A DNA stretch of 58,813 bases, filler included, from Sphacelaria rigidula (taxonomy: Eukaryota), in the NCBI GenBank assembly GCA_964200075.2. It is 9 parts of 9 records of this genome, joined end to end, with 100 filler letters (N's around TTAATTAATTAA, not from the genome) between each part and the next. Parts side by side here need not be neighbours in the genome. Positions count along the whole stretch, not along the records: positions 32,731 to 39,176 come from CAXNAA020020024.1; positions 39,277 to 45,722 come from CAXNAA020020025.1; positions 45,823 to 52,268 come from CAXNAA020020026.1; 6 more parts are not named here. One strand, written 5' to 3'. Shown piece by piece: positions 37,336 through 49,710 of this stretch (positions within the stretch are counted from its first letter, which is position 1; every line of letters begins with the position of its first letter). Below the pieces are notes generated by a model, which had not been told where the DNA came from, did no database searches, and saw only the letters and a program-made list of their open reading frames with translations. Made by a program: the position numbers and the translations under genes.

Positions 37336-40300
37336 AGTTGACAGTAGGCTAACTTCATTGTACGCAAGGTGCCACGGACGTGTGCAGTTTGACCAACAAG
37401 CAAACGAGCTTTCTCGTACGTTCATGTTGTCGCATGGCGGGGCGAGCGAGCCACGATAGGTTTTTTCAAACGTAACGGCACAAAGGGGAGAAAAATATGG
37501 CGACGCGGGGGGGCAGGGGAACCACCCAATAAGGATGGCTCGAGATCCTCAAAATCCGGCAACAAATACTACGTTTCCTGCACAAACCTCTCTCTTGCTC
37601 TAGAGAGCGATACATCCACCCTGCCCTTCGAGTAACAGCTGCGGTGATCAACGGCGGAGGTGAGGACTGGGGGAGGAGGGTTCCATTCTATAGATTTCAT
37701 GGTTCGAGTATGCTGAACAGGTGTCATGGAGGGTATTTGACCCGACTGCAAATTGAAAAGGACAAGTGTGTGGCTCTGAATGAGCTCTATTACTATGGAC
37801 GAAATTGTGCAAGCGTTATCAAGGTGCTCCTTCCTGCCATTCAAGAAAATCCTACTCTTCAACTCCAGTAATACCGTAACTCCGCAAGAAACAAGGCATA
37901 TTTACGGTTATTCCGACACAAACCGTTGGAGGCATTTGTAATGAACTTCTTGAAGATATCGCCGGTCGTATAATCCTCACTCTACACAGGCAGGCTACCG
38001 GTAATGAAGAGTGGCCCCTTCTACGCGCCCGAACGATCACATGGCGTATGTAGGTACTGTTGCATATGCTTGCCAAGCAGCCCAAAACCAAAGGTGGTAG
38101 ATCCTGGACATGCACACACGTTGGCGTGACGTTTACGTCGTTGCGCCCGGATGCATGGGCTCTTAGCCAAGCCTTTGACCGCGAATCAGGTAGTCAATCT
38201 GGGTCAAGAATACCTTCTCAAGTCAAACTGATGCCGACTCCGAAGGTGACCTATCCTCGCGGTCAAAGGTGAATGGACCTTTGACCGCGAGGGTGTAATG
38301 GGCGACCTGTTGAATCGGCATCATTTACACCCCTTAGAATAATACATGATGATGAACTATGCCGATGAGCATATCGCCTAGTACCACTCTCGCCGTCGAA
38401 GGGTTCAGAGTAGATGAAAATGATTGCGGCATCCGTGGAGATCCATGATTGCGCTCTTTCTGCTCTGCATGAAGTTTCCGACAACACGGAATCTGCAGCA
38501 ACATGGACAAGAGTAACATGTGCTCCTACAAGGGACCCCGAACAATTGCGTATATCAAGGATACGATTCGGCGCGCGCATTGTTTTCGCTTTGGAACCGG
38601 GACACCCATCATTGCCATAGAATGCTTTTCCCGCGTCTCTTTAGGTATTTGGCGGGGAGCAATGCTCCGGTAGGGGTGCACTTTTTGCGAAAAATCTTAT
38701 CTGGCTCAGGGGATCCTAACGATTCTAGATGCACAAGAATACGGATCAGGGCATCCCCGTTTGTAAATTAATTCTCGGGAAATCCCTAGTCCATTGGGAT
38801 AGTAATCCTGGCGTACTATCACATACTTTGTATGTCGTGTTTTGGATGAGATAAAGGATTCCCAACGATTCCAACCTCAGAAGATATTTGGGCACCCCTA
38901 CAGTAGCATCGCTCCGGGCGTCCTTGCTTCGTGCTCTCATCGTGCTTCTGCCATGTGGCGATGACACAGGCTGGTGTGATGCCGCGATAGCCCCCCACCT
39001 CCGAAATCAGCCCCGGAACTGTAACGAAGATAATGGTCACATAGATTTTTTTGTCTGGTTTCAGACTGCATACGTATCTCGTCAAACCAGCCTCTTTTCT
39101 GGGCGGGGGGGGGGGGGGGGGGGGGGGGTGGGTGCTGAGGGGGGGGGGTGGCTGTCTCTTTTCTTCTCCTCGTTTTNNNNNNNNNNNNNNNNNNNNNNNN
39201 NNNNNNNNNNNNNNNNNNNNTTAATTAATTAANNNNNNNNNNNNNNNNNNNNNNNNNNNNNNNNNNNNNNNNNNNNGGCACTTTTGGCACATTCTGTCAT
39301 TTTCTTCACCATTCTCCACATCTTTCCTCTGATCCCAGCTTACCACAACCCACGTCACCAGGGGGGGGGGGGGATCACGGCATTACTCAAGGGTGCATGA
39401 TTACATCATGATGTGTTCAGGATTTGAGACCATCTTGATCAATGTGTTCCATCAATCTTCAGCCCATCCATCTTCGTTTGCTCAGTATATCCCGTAACGT
39501 AATGGGGATGGGGGGTAGGGGCATATTCAGGGAGGGGGGGGAACGATAAACGACATTATTCCGACCGGCGGTGGACTGTTGGAACGATTTTCTCGTCTTC
39601 ATTTCAGTGATTAATGCTTGATACATGGTACATGCAACACCTTGCGCTGCTGTGCATTTTACCTATCCGCCCAAATCCACCAAGTTGGGCGAGGATGGTA
39701 CTCGGGGGTAAACGGGGCACATGGTGTTGCGGCTACTAAACAAACGCTACGGTAGCGATCAACAAACGAAATGCACAGAATAGTCAAACGCTGGCTCTAG
39801 TCAACACTTCCATTTTTTTTCAGCTGCGGTACAGCTTTGAGTATCACCACTTTCAACGATCAAGCCGTGCATGAAGCGCCGTACGTAAGGAAATCACACT
39901 ACAAACGGGGTACAGTACCGGAAAAATATCAGTAGCAGCAGTTACGATATTCATAGCACAACCTCTCAGCTCGTTGGTCACCAGGGTGGGTCATCTGCGC
40001 CTCACGGTCATTTTCCAAGTAAGCGAACATGAGAATGATATCGATTCAACAGACGACCCATCCATGCTCTAAAAAGGGTATGATGCCGATCTAGCAAACG
40101 ACCCAACCCGGCGGTCAACAGCTGCAGTTGTCCTCATATTGGCCCCGTTGACATTCTCCAAATGCCAGCCACATGTGGACCCTGGATCGATCACTTCGCA
40201 CAGGAGGGCGGGATATTTTATGCCCCAGTCATGGGGGTGAATGAGGGCCGATTTGGGGCACTTTATTTGAGGAAAGTGGACATCGACACCTGTCTGCAGA

Positions 40301-42247
40301 AGAAATGAAGCCCAAATGAGCCGATCAGTATCAATCACAACAAGGGTCGGACAAATAATGATTCGTCTGGAAATTACATAGTTCAAGTATATATATATTT
40401 TATTCTTTGATGGAAGGAGAAAACCCAACCCAACATTATAATTATTCAAGTATAATTGATTCGACTCGTACGAATCAATCCCTAGGCTTTGTTTTCAGGG
40501 TTGCAACCCAGGTACACGCAGCCCACACACGTGGAATGGCGCAAAAGTTAGGTGGATACCCCTTGGACCAGCGGTCAAATTCTTTCTCCCTTCTGGGCAA
40601 GCAGGCCGAAGAAATCGTGGATTTCGTGATTTGTAATCGTGATGGTTTGTCCTAACCGTGAATCACCAGTACACGCGTCACCTCGAAATAATGACCTGGC
40701 CCACACGAAATGTACAACAAGCCTGTGGCTGACGTTGCTGTACATCTGTACACAGGGCCACAACAACAGGAGGATATAAGCTGCGGCTCGTGTAGTTGTT
40801 GTTGTGCACCTCCTGTTGCACTCTGTTGTTGTGCCAATTTTTCAACGCGGGTTTCTCGGCAACCAAGCAGAGGATTACACTGCGGCTTGATGCATGCGCT
40901 CCTCACACACACCCAAACTAGGGGACTGTAAAATAGATTTCCTGCACGCAAACGCTGCACGCTACAAAATGCGCTAAAAATCACGTTTTTTGTCATCTGT
41001 TTTTGGGACTTTTTGAGGCCGCTGTGGCGATCTGAGCAATCTTGCTTCTATCATTCCCTAGCCTTTGTGTGTGTGTGTATGCGGGGGGCTGTAAAATGCC
41101 AAAGGCGGCTTCCTTTCTGTCCCGAGAAAAGCGCGACGCAAGTACTGCAGTTGTCGTATGCTATAACCAACTTAATAGGAGACGAAGCGTGTGTCCTTAT
41201 CCACATATAGCTCAGAACAGCTGCTGACGTGTCCATGATACCTCCGCGTTATTCCTTCTTTTTTTTCCTGGCCGGACATTTTTGGTCGTCAAGGCTCTCA
41301 CTCACCCCGATAACAGTACCTGCTAAAAAGTGTCGGAGAGAGGCATGCGTTTCAACACCTTCGGCACCTTCGGCGCAAAATGGCACAAATGAACTACAGG
41401 TGGACCTCTGGGAAATGTGAAAAATATAATGCTTTTAGGGAAAAGACTGCACAAGCCAGGAATCAGGGAGAACGGGCAACACGTATACCATCACTGGGGG
41501 GGGGGGGCTCGCAAACGGGGAGGAGCTACTAATACGGGATCCTGAAAAATGGGTATTGCACGTGGTACCCGTTAATCATACGTTTGAAAGAGGATCCCAT
41601 GTTTACTGACCAATGCCGTCGGCGATGCCGGTGTTGAAGGTCAGACGATAATATTGTTCCGAAAAGAGGTCTGACGGTCAAGGGGTTACTGAAGCAGGGT
41701 TTACGAGTAGGGGAATGAATTCCCTCCGTAGTTCGCCTGTTTGTCCGGAATCCGTTTCCAGCCCGCACAAGAACTTGCGGGCAAAAAGCTCAGTGAAAGG
41801 CGAGTAAATGCCCCTGTGCGATTCGGCGCTAAATCTACAAAGCAGTCGATCCATCCCTTCGCGGGTCACCAGAGAAATTGAGACGCAGGCGTACAGAGAG
41901 GCAGACGAACGGGGAGATACCATCACAGTCCGTCCCGCTCCTTCCTCTCCGAACCTCGGATTTTCTCTCCGAGGTGTGAAGATTAGAGTTTGTCCCAAAA
42001 CGCTCCGGGTAGGGTTTGATATACTTGCTACTCAAGGTTGGCCATGCTGTACGTACTTGTTTACTGCAACAGCCTTGACAAATTACACATCGATGGATAC
42101 ATGTGTAGTTCGTGGGGCAGTAGAGTTGGCCCCAGCTCGCATCCCCAAATCCACGGTTGAAACATACTTGATTCAAGTGTGGACACTGATATTCGAATCT
42201 TTAGTGGGGCTTACAGTCCCGAGTGCTCTTAGCGTGCCAATGCACCA

Positions 42248-42413
42248 CACCTCGGACAAAATATGGTCAACAGTTGCAATAAACGAGAAACGTACTGCAT
42301 AAAGTATAGGCCTATTGCGACTATTGTCGGCCGGCAATAGTTGCAATAGGCCTATACTTTATGCAGTACACTTCTCATCTGTTGCATCTATTGACCATAT
42401 TTTGTGCAGGGTG
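42248..42413. mobile_element. Near-perfect palindromic MITE (CACCCTGGAC family)
   Basis: gtactgcataaagtataggcctattgc / gcaataggcctatactttatgcagtac around a gtcggccggc centre. Confidence 0.8.
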
Positions 42414-42675
42414 TGCAATGCACAGACAGTTCACCCGGGACACCTTCAGCACCCCCCCCCCCCTTGCCCGAGGGTTCTCGGTATGCCTTGGGATGAAGCT
42501 AGGGTGATTTGATTTATTTATTTGATTGTCGCACTTTAACTGATCCCCTAGGGGAATCTAGCCGTGGTTACACGGTAGACGTACGTACCCGTAGAAATAC
42601 AAAGCTGAAACACTCGCTGAAAAAACATGAAGAAGAAAACACAAAAAGTGGAAACAGACCAACAGAGTAGACGAA

Positions 42676-42870
42676 GGCCGTGTCCTATTTTAGCACACTA
42701 GTTTTCGATCGAAATTTGTGCGGTGGAAAACAAAACTCGCGATCTGATGGGCCGTCATTTCAACCATCGTCGTTAATTTTGAAGATGGTTGAAGTCACGA
42801 CCTATCAGATCGGGATTTTAGTTTTCCACCGCACTTTTTCGATCGAAGAATGATGTGCCAAGACACGGCC
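42676..42870. mobile_element. Tourist/PIF-Harbinger-like palindromic MITE
   Basis: GGCCGTGTC...GACACGGCC termini followed by TAA; same family as 293-460. Confidence 0.75.
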
Positions 42871-43474
42871 TAAGAAGGACAACAACAACAAAAAAGACAT
42901 CTGCGGTACATTGTGGGCACAGACATTTACCAAAAGTGGACTTCTGGATAACGACCGATCATAATAACGGCAAAACATGGATACTCCTTCTTTTCTTTCT
43001 GAGGCCGTTGATTCTGTCGTTTTTCTGTTCCTTTCTTCTTTTTTGTGTTTTTTTATTATTATTCTGTTCTATTTTTGCTGCTCCTGACCACGGGCTGGAT
43101 TGTTGCAATCAGGTGATGTGAGATAATCAATCAATCAATCAATCAATCAACTCATGAAAAAGCGTGTGAAACATTTTGAGACAACCAGGACGTGCAACCC
43201 TTCGACTCCCCAACCACCGGGAGAGGCAATATCGTGAACGCACCCCGCACGACATATGATGCACCACATACTCGAATGCAGATTGTACACACAAAAATAC
43301 ACAGCCCGTTCACCCGCGAGTACACACAATATTCCATGTACCTCATACATACACGGTGTACCTTCGAAAGAGAGAGGGGGGGGGCGAGGGGGGGGGGGGA
43401 GGGGGGGGTACGAAACACAACCAAAAACATATAACCAAGACGGCGCCCCAACACCCTTTTTGGTTTCCACCAAC

Positions 43475-44165
43475 CTTGTCTGGCGGAGTTTTAGCGTCGA
43501 CATGAATGAGGTAGATGTTGTGCTCGTCGTAGATCTGCGGCAGCAAGAAATTGAGCCTTCCAATGTCGTCACCATCAGACAAGACCAGATACGCCAGCCT
43601 GGCCTCCTTCCTGCCTACCTCGCCCCGCACCCCCGATCCCGCTCCCACCCCCTCCTGCCTATCCCCACCCTCCGCCGTGAAAGCCGCTTCCGCGGTAGAC
43701 GCCTCTCCTGCCGCGCCCTCCCCCCATTCCTCCCGCCCTATCTGTTCTTCCAATATCCGATGTCGTGTAGAAAAAGCCTGGGTCTTTCCGCTCGCATCCC
43801 GTGCTTGTGATCGATCCGAGCTCCGGGTACTGGTAACCGGCACTTCAGCTGACAGCTCTTGGTACTCGAAACCTTCCCCCGCCCCTACCGCCGTCACCAC
43901 CCGCGCATCTCCCGGGTGTTCTTGTTGCACTGTCCCTCGTTTTGTCGGCGCCTCCTGGGCGCTTCCGTCTATGATAGACGTTGCCGCTACGGCTGATACC
44001 ACCGGAGGATCGTCATGGGGCTCTGGCCTCCTACTAGTAATAACACCGCTGCGGCCCGAAAAGATATTCCATAATCGAGATGGCAATGTTGCCGGTGATT
44101 TTTGTCCTTTTGTTGTTGCCGCCGCCGCTGCTGCTGCAGCCAGGCTCGGATCGTTGTCGTTGTCG

Positions 44166-44247
<82 letters not shown>

Positions 44248-44434
44248 CTGCTGGTTGTACGCTCGTTGTGATACTGCTGCCTGCAGCTCGGCGAGAAGCG
44301 GAAGCATTCCATGAGTGAGAGAGCTGGTCCATACCCACGAACAACGCGACACCGACGCAAACGGATAATACGACTACTACTGTCGTCGCTGTTGCTATTG
44401 TTTCCACCAGCTGCCTACACCGTGGGCGAGCCAT
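43475..44434 (-). CDS. Glycosyltransferase family 14 (core-2/I-branching or xylosyltransferase-like) type II membrane protein, exon 1
   Basis: N-terminal TM VVVVLSVCVGVALFVG, low-complexity stem, then RLAYLVLSDGDDIGRLNFLLPQIYDEHNIYLIHVDAK (GT14 first motif); donor AAG|GTTGGT. Confidence 0.85.
44152..44246 (-). repeat. Compound (AGC)n(AAC)n microsatellite encoding poly-Ser/poly-Asn
   Basis: Plus strand (ttg)n then (ctg)n inside the GT14 exon. Confidence 0.95.
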
Positions 44435-44959
44435 AGCTTCGAAACTGTTCACGTCCAAGGGGCGAACGCCGGTGAAGTGAGAGTCGAGCCTCTTCGCCTC
44501 ATTTGCCCGCGATGAATGACGACTATTCTCAAAGGTTGTCACTACAGAAAATGACTTAAACATTTGCCACGTGACCAGAGGTTCCCGACAGCACGGCGTA
44601 CGGCATTGACATGGAGGTCGTCGCATTACATAGCTGCTCATTATGTCAATAAAAACGGTTCATGATTACCGCGTAATTCTACCACATTTTGTACGTGAGA
44701 TACCGTCAAAACGAGCTCTTGAAAATAGTATAGCAGTGCAGCATGTCCAGGCAGTTTCTTGTTGTGGGGGTATATATATACAGATACCATCTAAACGTGA
44801 AACGACAGCATCAGCCAGCAGCGGGGGGAAAGCATGCCTCATGATCAAAGCATGCGACCATCCCCAAAATAGTACTGACTGTAAATACACATCATTGCTT
44901 TACAGACTCTGATCTTGCGCGTCGAGCTGGACAGTCGAACGCCGCCGGCTGAAATCCGA

Positions 44960-44989
44960 ATGGCGACCGGCGGCACCGGATCTTTCGAG
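44960..44989 (+). CDS. Possible short first exon of a gene divergent from GT14
   Basis: ATG GCG ACC GGC GGC ACC GGA TCT TTC GAG|gttagc followed by AT-rich intron-like sequence. Confidence 0.25.
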
Positions 44990-46072
44990 GTTAGCCACAT
45001 TTATTTGTTTCTTCCCTTATTTATTATTTATTCATTCATGTTTAGGTTGCATCGCGTCTGAGGGGTTATCATTAGGCTTCGTAAGCATGCTTGAGGTTTA
45101 GCTTAATTTGGGGTTTTCGGGCTTAAATAAAAAAAATTGCGAAAAGAGTAAAAAGAGCTTAAAATGTTTGAAGAAGAGCTTATAATGCCCTCGATACGCG
45201 AATGAAATTGCGATATTTCTCCATGCGCCTCCTGCAGCCGTTGTATCAGCTGCCTGAAAGCCTGAACGTGCCCCCTATGGCCTGTGGCATGACTCGTCAC
45301 TCGTCACTCGTCACTCGTTACCAGACCGGCTTCAATATTCAATACTCCAAACTGATATGGTTGCGGGTCTGATCCGAAACACGTTTCTCTCTGTATTTCA
45401 TATTTTTGTTTGATACTATGTTGAAATGAAAAATGTAATCAAGATTTTGTATAATAGTTGTGCCATGGGGCCTATTGTACATTGTACAACAGTACTCTGA
45501 CTGTATAATAAAGAAAAGGCTCAAAATGGGGCGTAAAACAGGGGGGGGGAAGCCTATTGAAAAAAATAGAGCTGAGAACAGCCAATCATCTATGTTGAGG
45601 ATGGTGCTTTTGATTGAGGATGAGAACCCGGCGGATCGCCGAAATACCCTAAAATTGGATTTTCCCGTAGGACCCCAACATTTCGGTTATTGACATCCAA
45701 ATTTTTAGGACATGTAGCGGTTNNNNNNNNNNNNNNNNNNNNNNNNNNNNNNNNNNNNNNNNNNNNTTAATTAATTAANNNNNNNNNNNNNNNNNNNNNN
45801 NNNNNNNNNNNNNNNNNNNNNNTATACCCCCCCCCCCCCCGGCGTGCGCGCGCCAAGAAATTCTGAGACGAGGCGATAAGTCAGAAACGTTCTTGTGTCG
45901 AAAGGAGACCTGGCGCCGGAGTTTCAAGTTGCGAGGAGGATATGCTCTTGTTCTCGGTGATGCTGCTCGTTGTTGGATGAATAACTGAATGATTCTGAGC
46001 TCGTTTTCCGTCGCCCACGCACGCTCCACCGGCGGCAATCGTATTGCTTTGTCCGTGCGGACACGAGCGCAG

Positions 46073-46209
46073 GCGCTGGGCGAACGGGTGATTGGTGGGC
46101 GGTGAATCACAGCAATGTGGTGCCCGACCTGCTAGTGTTCGCAAAGGGCGTGGGAAGCGGCATGCCTATCTCGGGAGTGGCCACTAGGTCCGAGCTCGTC
46201 GCCAACCAG
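46073..46209 (+). CDS. Class III PLP aminotransferase (4-aminobutyrate aminotransferase/GabT-like), penultimate exon
   Basis: GAGRTGDWWAVNHSNVVPDLLVFAKGVGSGMPISG contains the PLP lysine motif; AG acceptor at 46072, GT donor at 46210. Confidence 0.9.
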
Positions 46210-47100
46210 GTATGCTTGCCTGCAGAAAAAAAGCGAAATCAGAGCCACAGCATACACCGGTTGAGAAGTTTACTCGCGATTCTGACTCTTATCGTTGAGT
46301 CTGTGTGGGTTTTTCGTCGAGTAATATCATCTACGTTCAAGAAGAAAGGGACGGTACGGCAAGAGATGACAGGGATACTTGCACGAAGCTGCAATCTAGT
46401 CTGGAGTGTTGAACGGAGGATGGTGTGTGCGTGTGCGTGTGTACGTGTGCGCGTACTTGTGCGCCAATGTGTGTATGCTTGAGGTGATGTGCGCTGGACA
46501 GGGCTCGAGATACACGCTGGCTGTTCTGTGTGGAAGCGGTTTTACGCTCGTGTGCTGCCCGTTATCGTGCGCTATTTTAATGCGTCATGAGTTGTGCGCA
46601 TTGAATATATCGTCGGTCCAGTCGTCCTCGTTCAAAAACATATTTGCACAATGTCTCGAATTCTACTTGCGTGATGGACATTTCCTCCCCGCCTTTCCAC
46701 CGATGCGTGGTCAATGGGCAAACGACCAAGGCAAGCAACAAATGAATATGCCCCCCCTCCCCCCCCCCTAATGGTGTATCATCTACGGCATGCAAAACAC
46801 GAATATGCCCTTTGCATTCGTGTAAGGAACAGCAGGGACGGTATTGGAAAGGCGAGCCTACGTCTGTGACCACGGGTTCGAGATATCGAGCGAATGTGCG
46901 GGAATAATAATCATCATGATAACTCGATTTGCAGTTGACAAAGGTTGGTGTATCAGGCACTGGTCGGTGCATTCTAATAAATACCCACTTCATTTCACAG
47001 ATGCCTTGTAGATGCCTGCAGTACAGAGACACAAATGTTACTGAATTGCCCCCCCTTCTTGCCCCATCTACGTGCATAACTTACATCCCCGAACACACAG

Positions 47101-47532
47101 CCGCCAGGTTCCATGGGCGGCACGTACGTCGCTAGCGCCGTTTCTTGCGCCTCCGCCATCGCCACTCTCCGGGTCATGAAAGACGAGGGAGTGCTCGCTA
47201 ACACGCGGGTCAGGGGGAAGCAGCTGATGGAGGGCTTGATCAAAATGAGCGGGGGTGAGGGCGGCAAGCCGGGACGGCGGTTTCCCGTGAAGGACGTTCG
47301 GGGGCTGGGGCTAATGGTGGGGCTTGAGTTCGATGTGCCCCAGGGGTCGGGCGTGGCCAACGCGGTAAGCCAGGCGTGCCTTAAAAGGGGCATGATCTTG
47401 CTAACCTGCTCTACCTACGAAACCGTCAGGTTCATCCCACCCCTCAACGTGAGCGAGAAGGAGATGGAGGATGGGCTACGCATCCTCGAAGAGGCTGTTG
47501 TTGAGGTGTTTGGTGCGTCGTCTTGGACCTGA
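47101..47532 (+). CDS. Class III PLP aminotransferase, last exon
   Basis: acacag|PPGSMGGTY...DVRGLGLMVGLEF...TVRFIPPLNVS...TGA; phase-compatible with the previous exon. Confidence 0.92.
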   Translation, partial: PPGSMGGTYVASAVSCASAIATLRVMKDEGVLANTRVRGKQLMEGLIKMSGGEGGKPGRRFPVKDVRGLGLMVGLEFDVPQGSGVANAVSQACLKRGMILLTCSTYETVRFIPPLNVSEKEMEDGLRILEEAVVEVFGASSWT

Positions 47533-49228
47533 ATCTTGACCCGAAGCTCAACATCGAGGCAGACTCCTAAACCTCACGAAGGTCATTGAGAAATAGATGA
47601 GCGTCGTTCAGTCACCGTTTAAGACTACAGCAGCAGAACCGCCACCTATCCTGCAGATATTGTGCATGCGGCATTGCAAGACCTGTGACTCACCCGTATG
47701 TATTTGTTGGACGTGTACATCCAAGCAGTTTTTTATGTAGGCACCATGAGGAAATTAATGGTATAATCAACGCAAACCTCTTAGCTTGAGGTAGGTCAAT
47801 GTGTGGGGAGGGGGGCGACGGCGCGTACTGAGTGTTTTGCGCGCCCTAGCTTAGCAACATCAGTGACCTCGCGACCTCGCAAGGATATGGCATTGCTGTT
47901 GATGCAGCGGATCGCTGACGACCGATCGCTCCTGCCTGCATTACGTTTACCAAAGTTAACTCAGAGAGCTTCGGCCGGACGGGGCGGGAGGTCATGGCAC
48001 GGGCTGTCTATAGCTGTCGCTGTAGTCTTGACGAAATACCAAGTTGAGGTGCACGTTCGAATAAATTGATTAAATTGCGAGTGATCGGTCAAGCCGCCAC
48101 TATTTTCTTGTGGCCCTTCGGGGGGGAGATCTCGAGCGTTTTGTGCAACGGTGAAGGGGATCGGTTGTCCAGCACTTCGTATATGCAGTAGTCGTGCGTT
48201 TCAATTCACGCCTTCCTCTATCCAACTCAACCGCTTGGAACTGGGCTTGACCAAGCCATGCATCGCTGTGCGCCAAGCCTATTGTACTGTAGGGTTTATT
48301 CGATCGGTTGTGCTCTACTTTACTGGTAAGCAGGCTCACGAACAGGGCTCCCAGGACAGAGCATTTCAGACCGTCGACGTGATTTTCGCAAGCAACAAGC
48401 GGTCGAGCTACCTGTCTATGAAACTATGGCGTTTGATCGATAGATCCCCGAAAATTTTGGGCCTAGGGGGTCGGGCAGGTGGATTCGATTAAACACAATT
48501 GATGTATATCACGGTTGTACTATGTAAGACGCCACGTCCTCGTGGTCGAATGTTCCGACTGACTCCAAAAGGGTCAAGACAATCTGGGTTCGATTCTCGC
48601 CGGAGTCCTCGGCTTTTCTCTTCGAAGTATCTATTAACAGTTTTCATCGTCGAAAGCGTAAGATCGTGAGTAGACAGCAAGTAGTCTACCGAGTTCGTTT
48701 GGCGAGATTTGACGCGGTGCGGGAGTGCTGACCCAATCCGCGAAATCAAAACGCAAGGCGGGTACCGGGGAGAGATGGGTTGATCCCTTGAGATCACGGG
48801 CTCGTCCGGAGGAAGGGGGGGGGTCTGGAGTGTGCCAGGAGAAAATAGCTGTACAGTAGTCAGCGTCACAAGTGTGCAGAATCCGTAATTTCAGTGTTTC
48901 TCAAAGATTGTCCATATTTGTTTTGCTTGCCACCGCTCATCACAGTGACTGGTGTATGCCAAAAAATGGGCATCCGGAGATATTCGAATCTTCTTGATAA
49001 ATATTGGCAAAAAAATCATCTGCGATCAATGACGAGTGACTTACGGGCTTGGCCAATCTTTGGGGGTCCTGCAAAAATACAACCCCAGGCTCTAGCTTTT
49101 CGGTATTTTCGGTGGACCGACACGGTCCGGATTATATAAGTGAAGACTCAAAAGTAATTGTTTTTTTGAAATTTCACCTAGTCACTGCGCTCGAGCAGGA
49201 AAACTATGTTTCTTGGACTATTTACGGT

Positions 49229-49710
49229 CAATAACACCCTCCTGATAAATGGGGTCTTTAACCGGTATCGCCCCCACAACACCAACTTGGGCGATTGTGA
49301 TTTAAGCACGGTTTGCTTATTTTGCCAAAACTATCGACGCTAGCACTTTCGAGTGCTCGTGGAAAATATTGTGCGAAAAAAAACGAAAATAGGTCATCCG
49401 CAGAAAATGCTAAACTGAGGTCTGTGCAGTAAAGGAGGGAAACACGATCTCGATCGTTATTGTGAAGAATTTTATACGTCTTAACTTATCTGCATATTTA
49501 CCGTTTCGCCGCTGAAGAGCGGGAAAACTGCTTATACTGAACCAAAAACGTTCAATAACACCCTCCTGATAAACGGGGTATCAAGTCCCTATCGCCCCAA
49601 AAACACCAACGTGAGCACTGCAGTTTGAGCGCGGCCTACGCGTTTTCGCTAAATTTACCAGCGCTAGCACTTCCAAGTTGTAGTGAAGAACGGTACTCCA
49701 GAAAAACTCA
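49229..49710 (+). repeat. Diverged direct duplication with a period of about 324 bp
   Basis: caataacaccctcctgataaa.gggg...tatcgcccc..aa.accaac...gcgctagcactt at 49229 and 49553. Confidence 0.75.

Noticed and set aside
43551..44360. Poly-Leu, poly-Cys, poly-Val and poly-Gln ORFs
   Set aside because: Alternate-frame or antisense readings of the microsatellite inside the GT14 exon
44960..46209. Exon 44960-44989 as the first exon of the aminotransferase
   Set aside because: It lies on a different contig across the spacer at 45723
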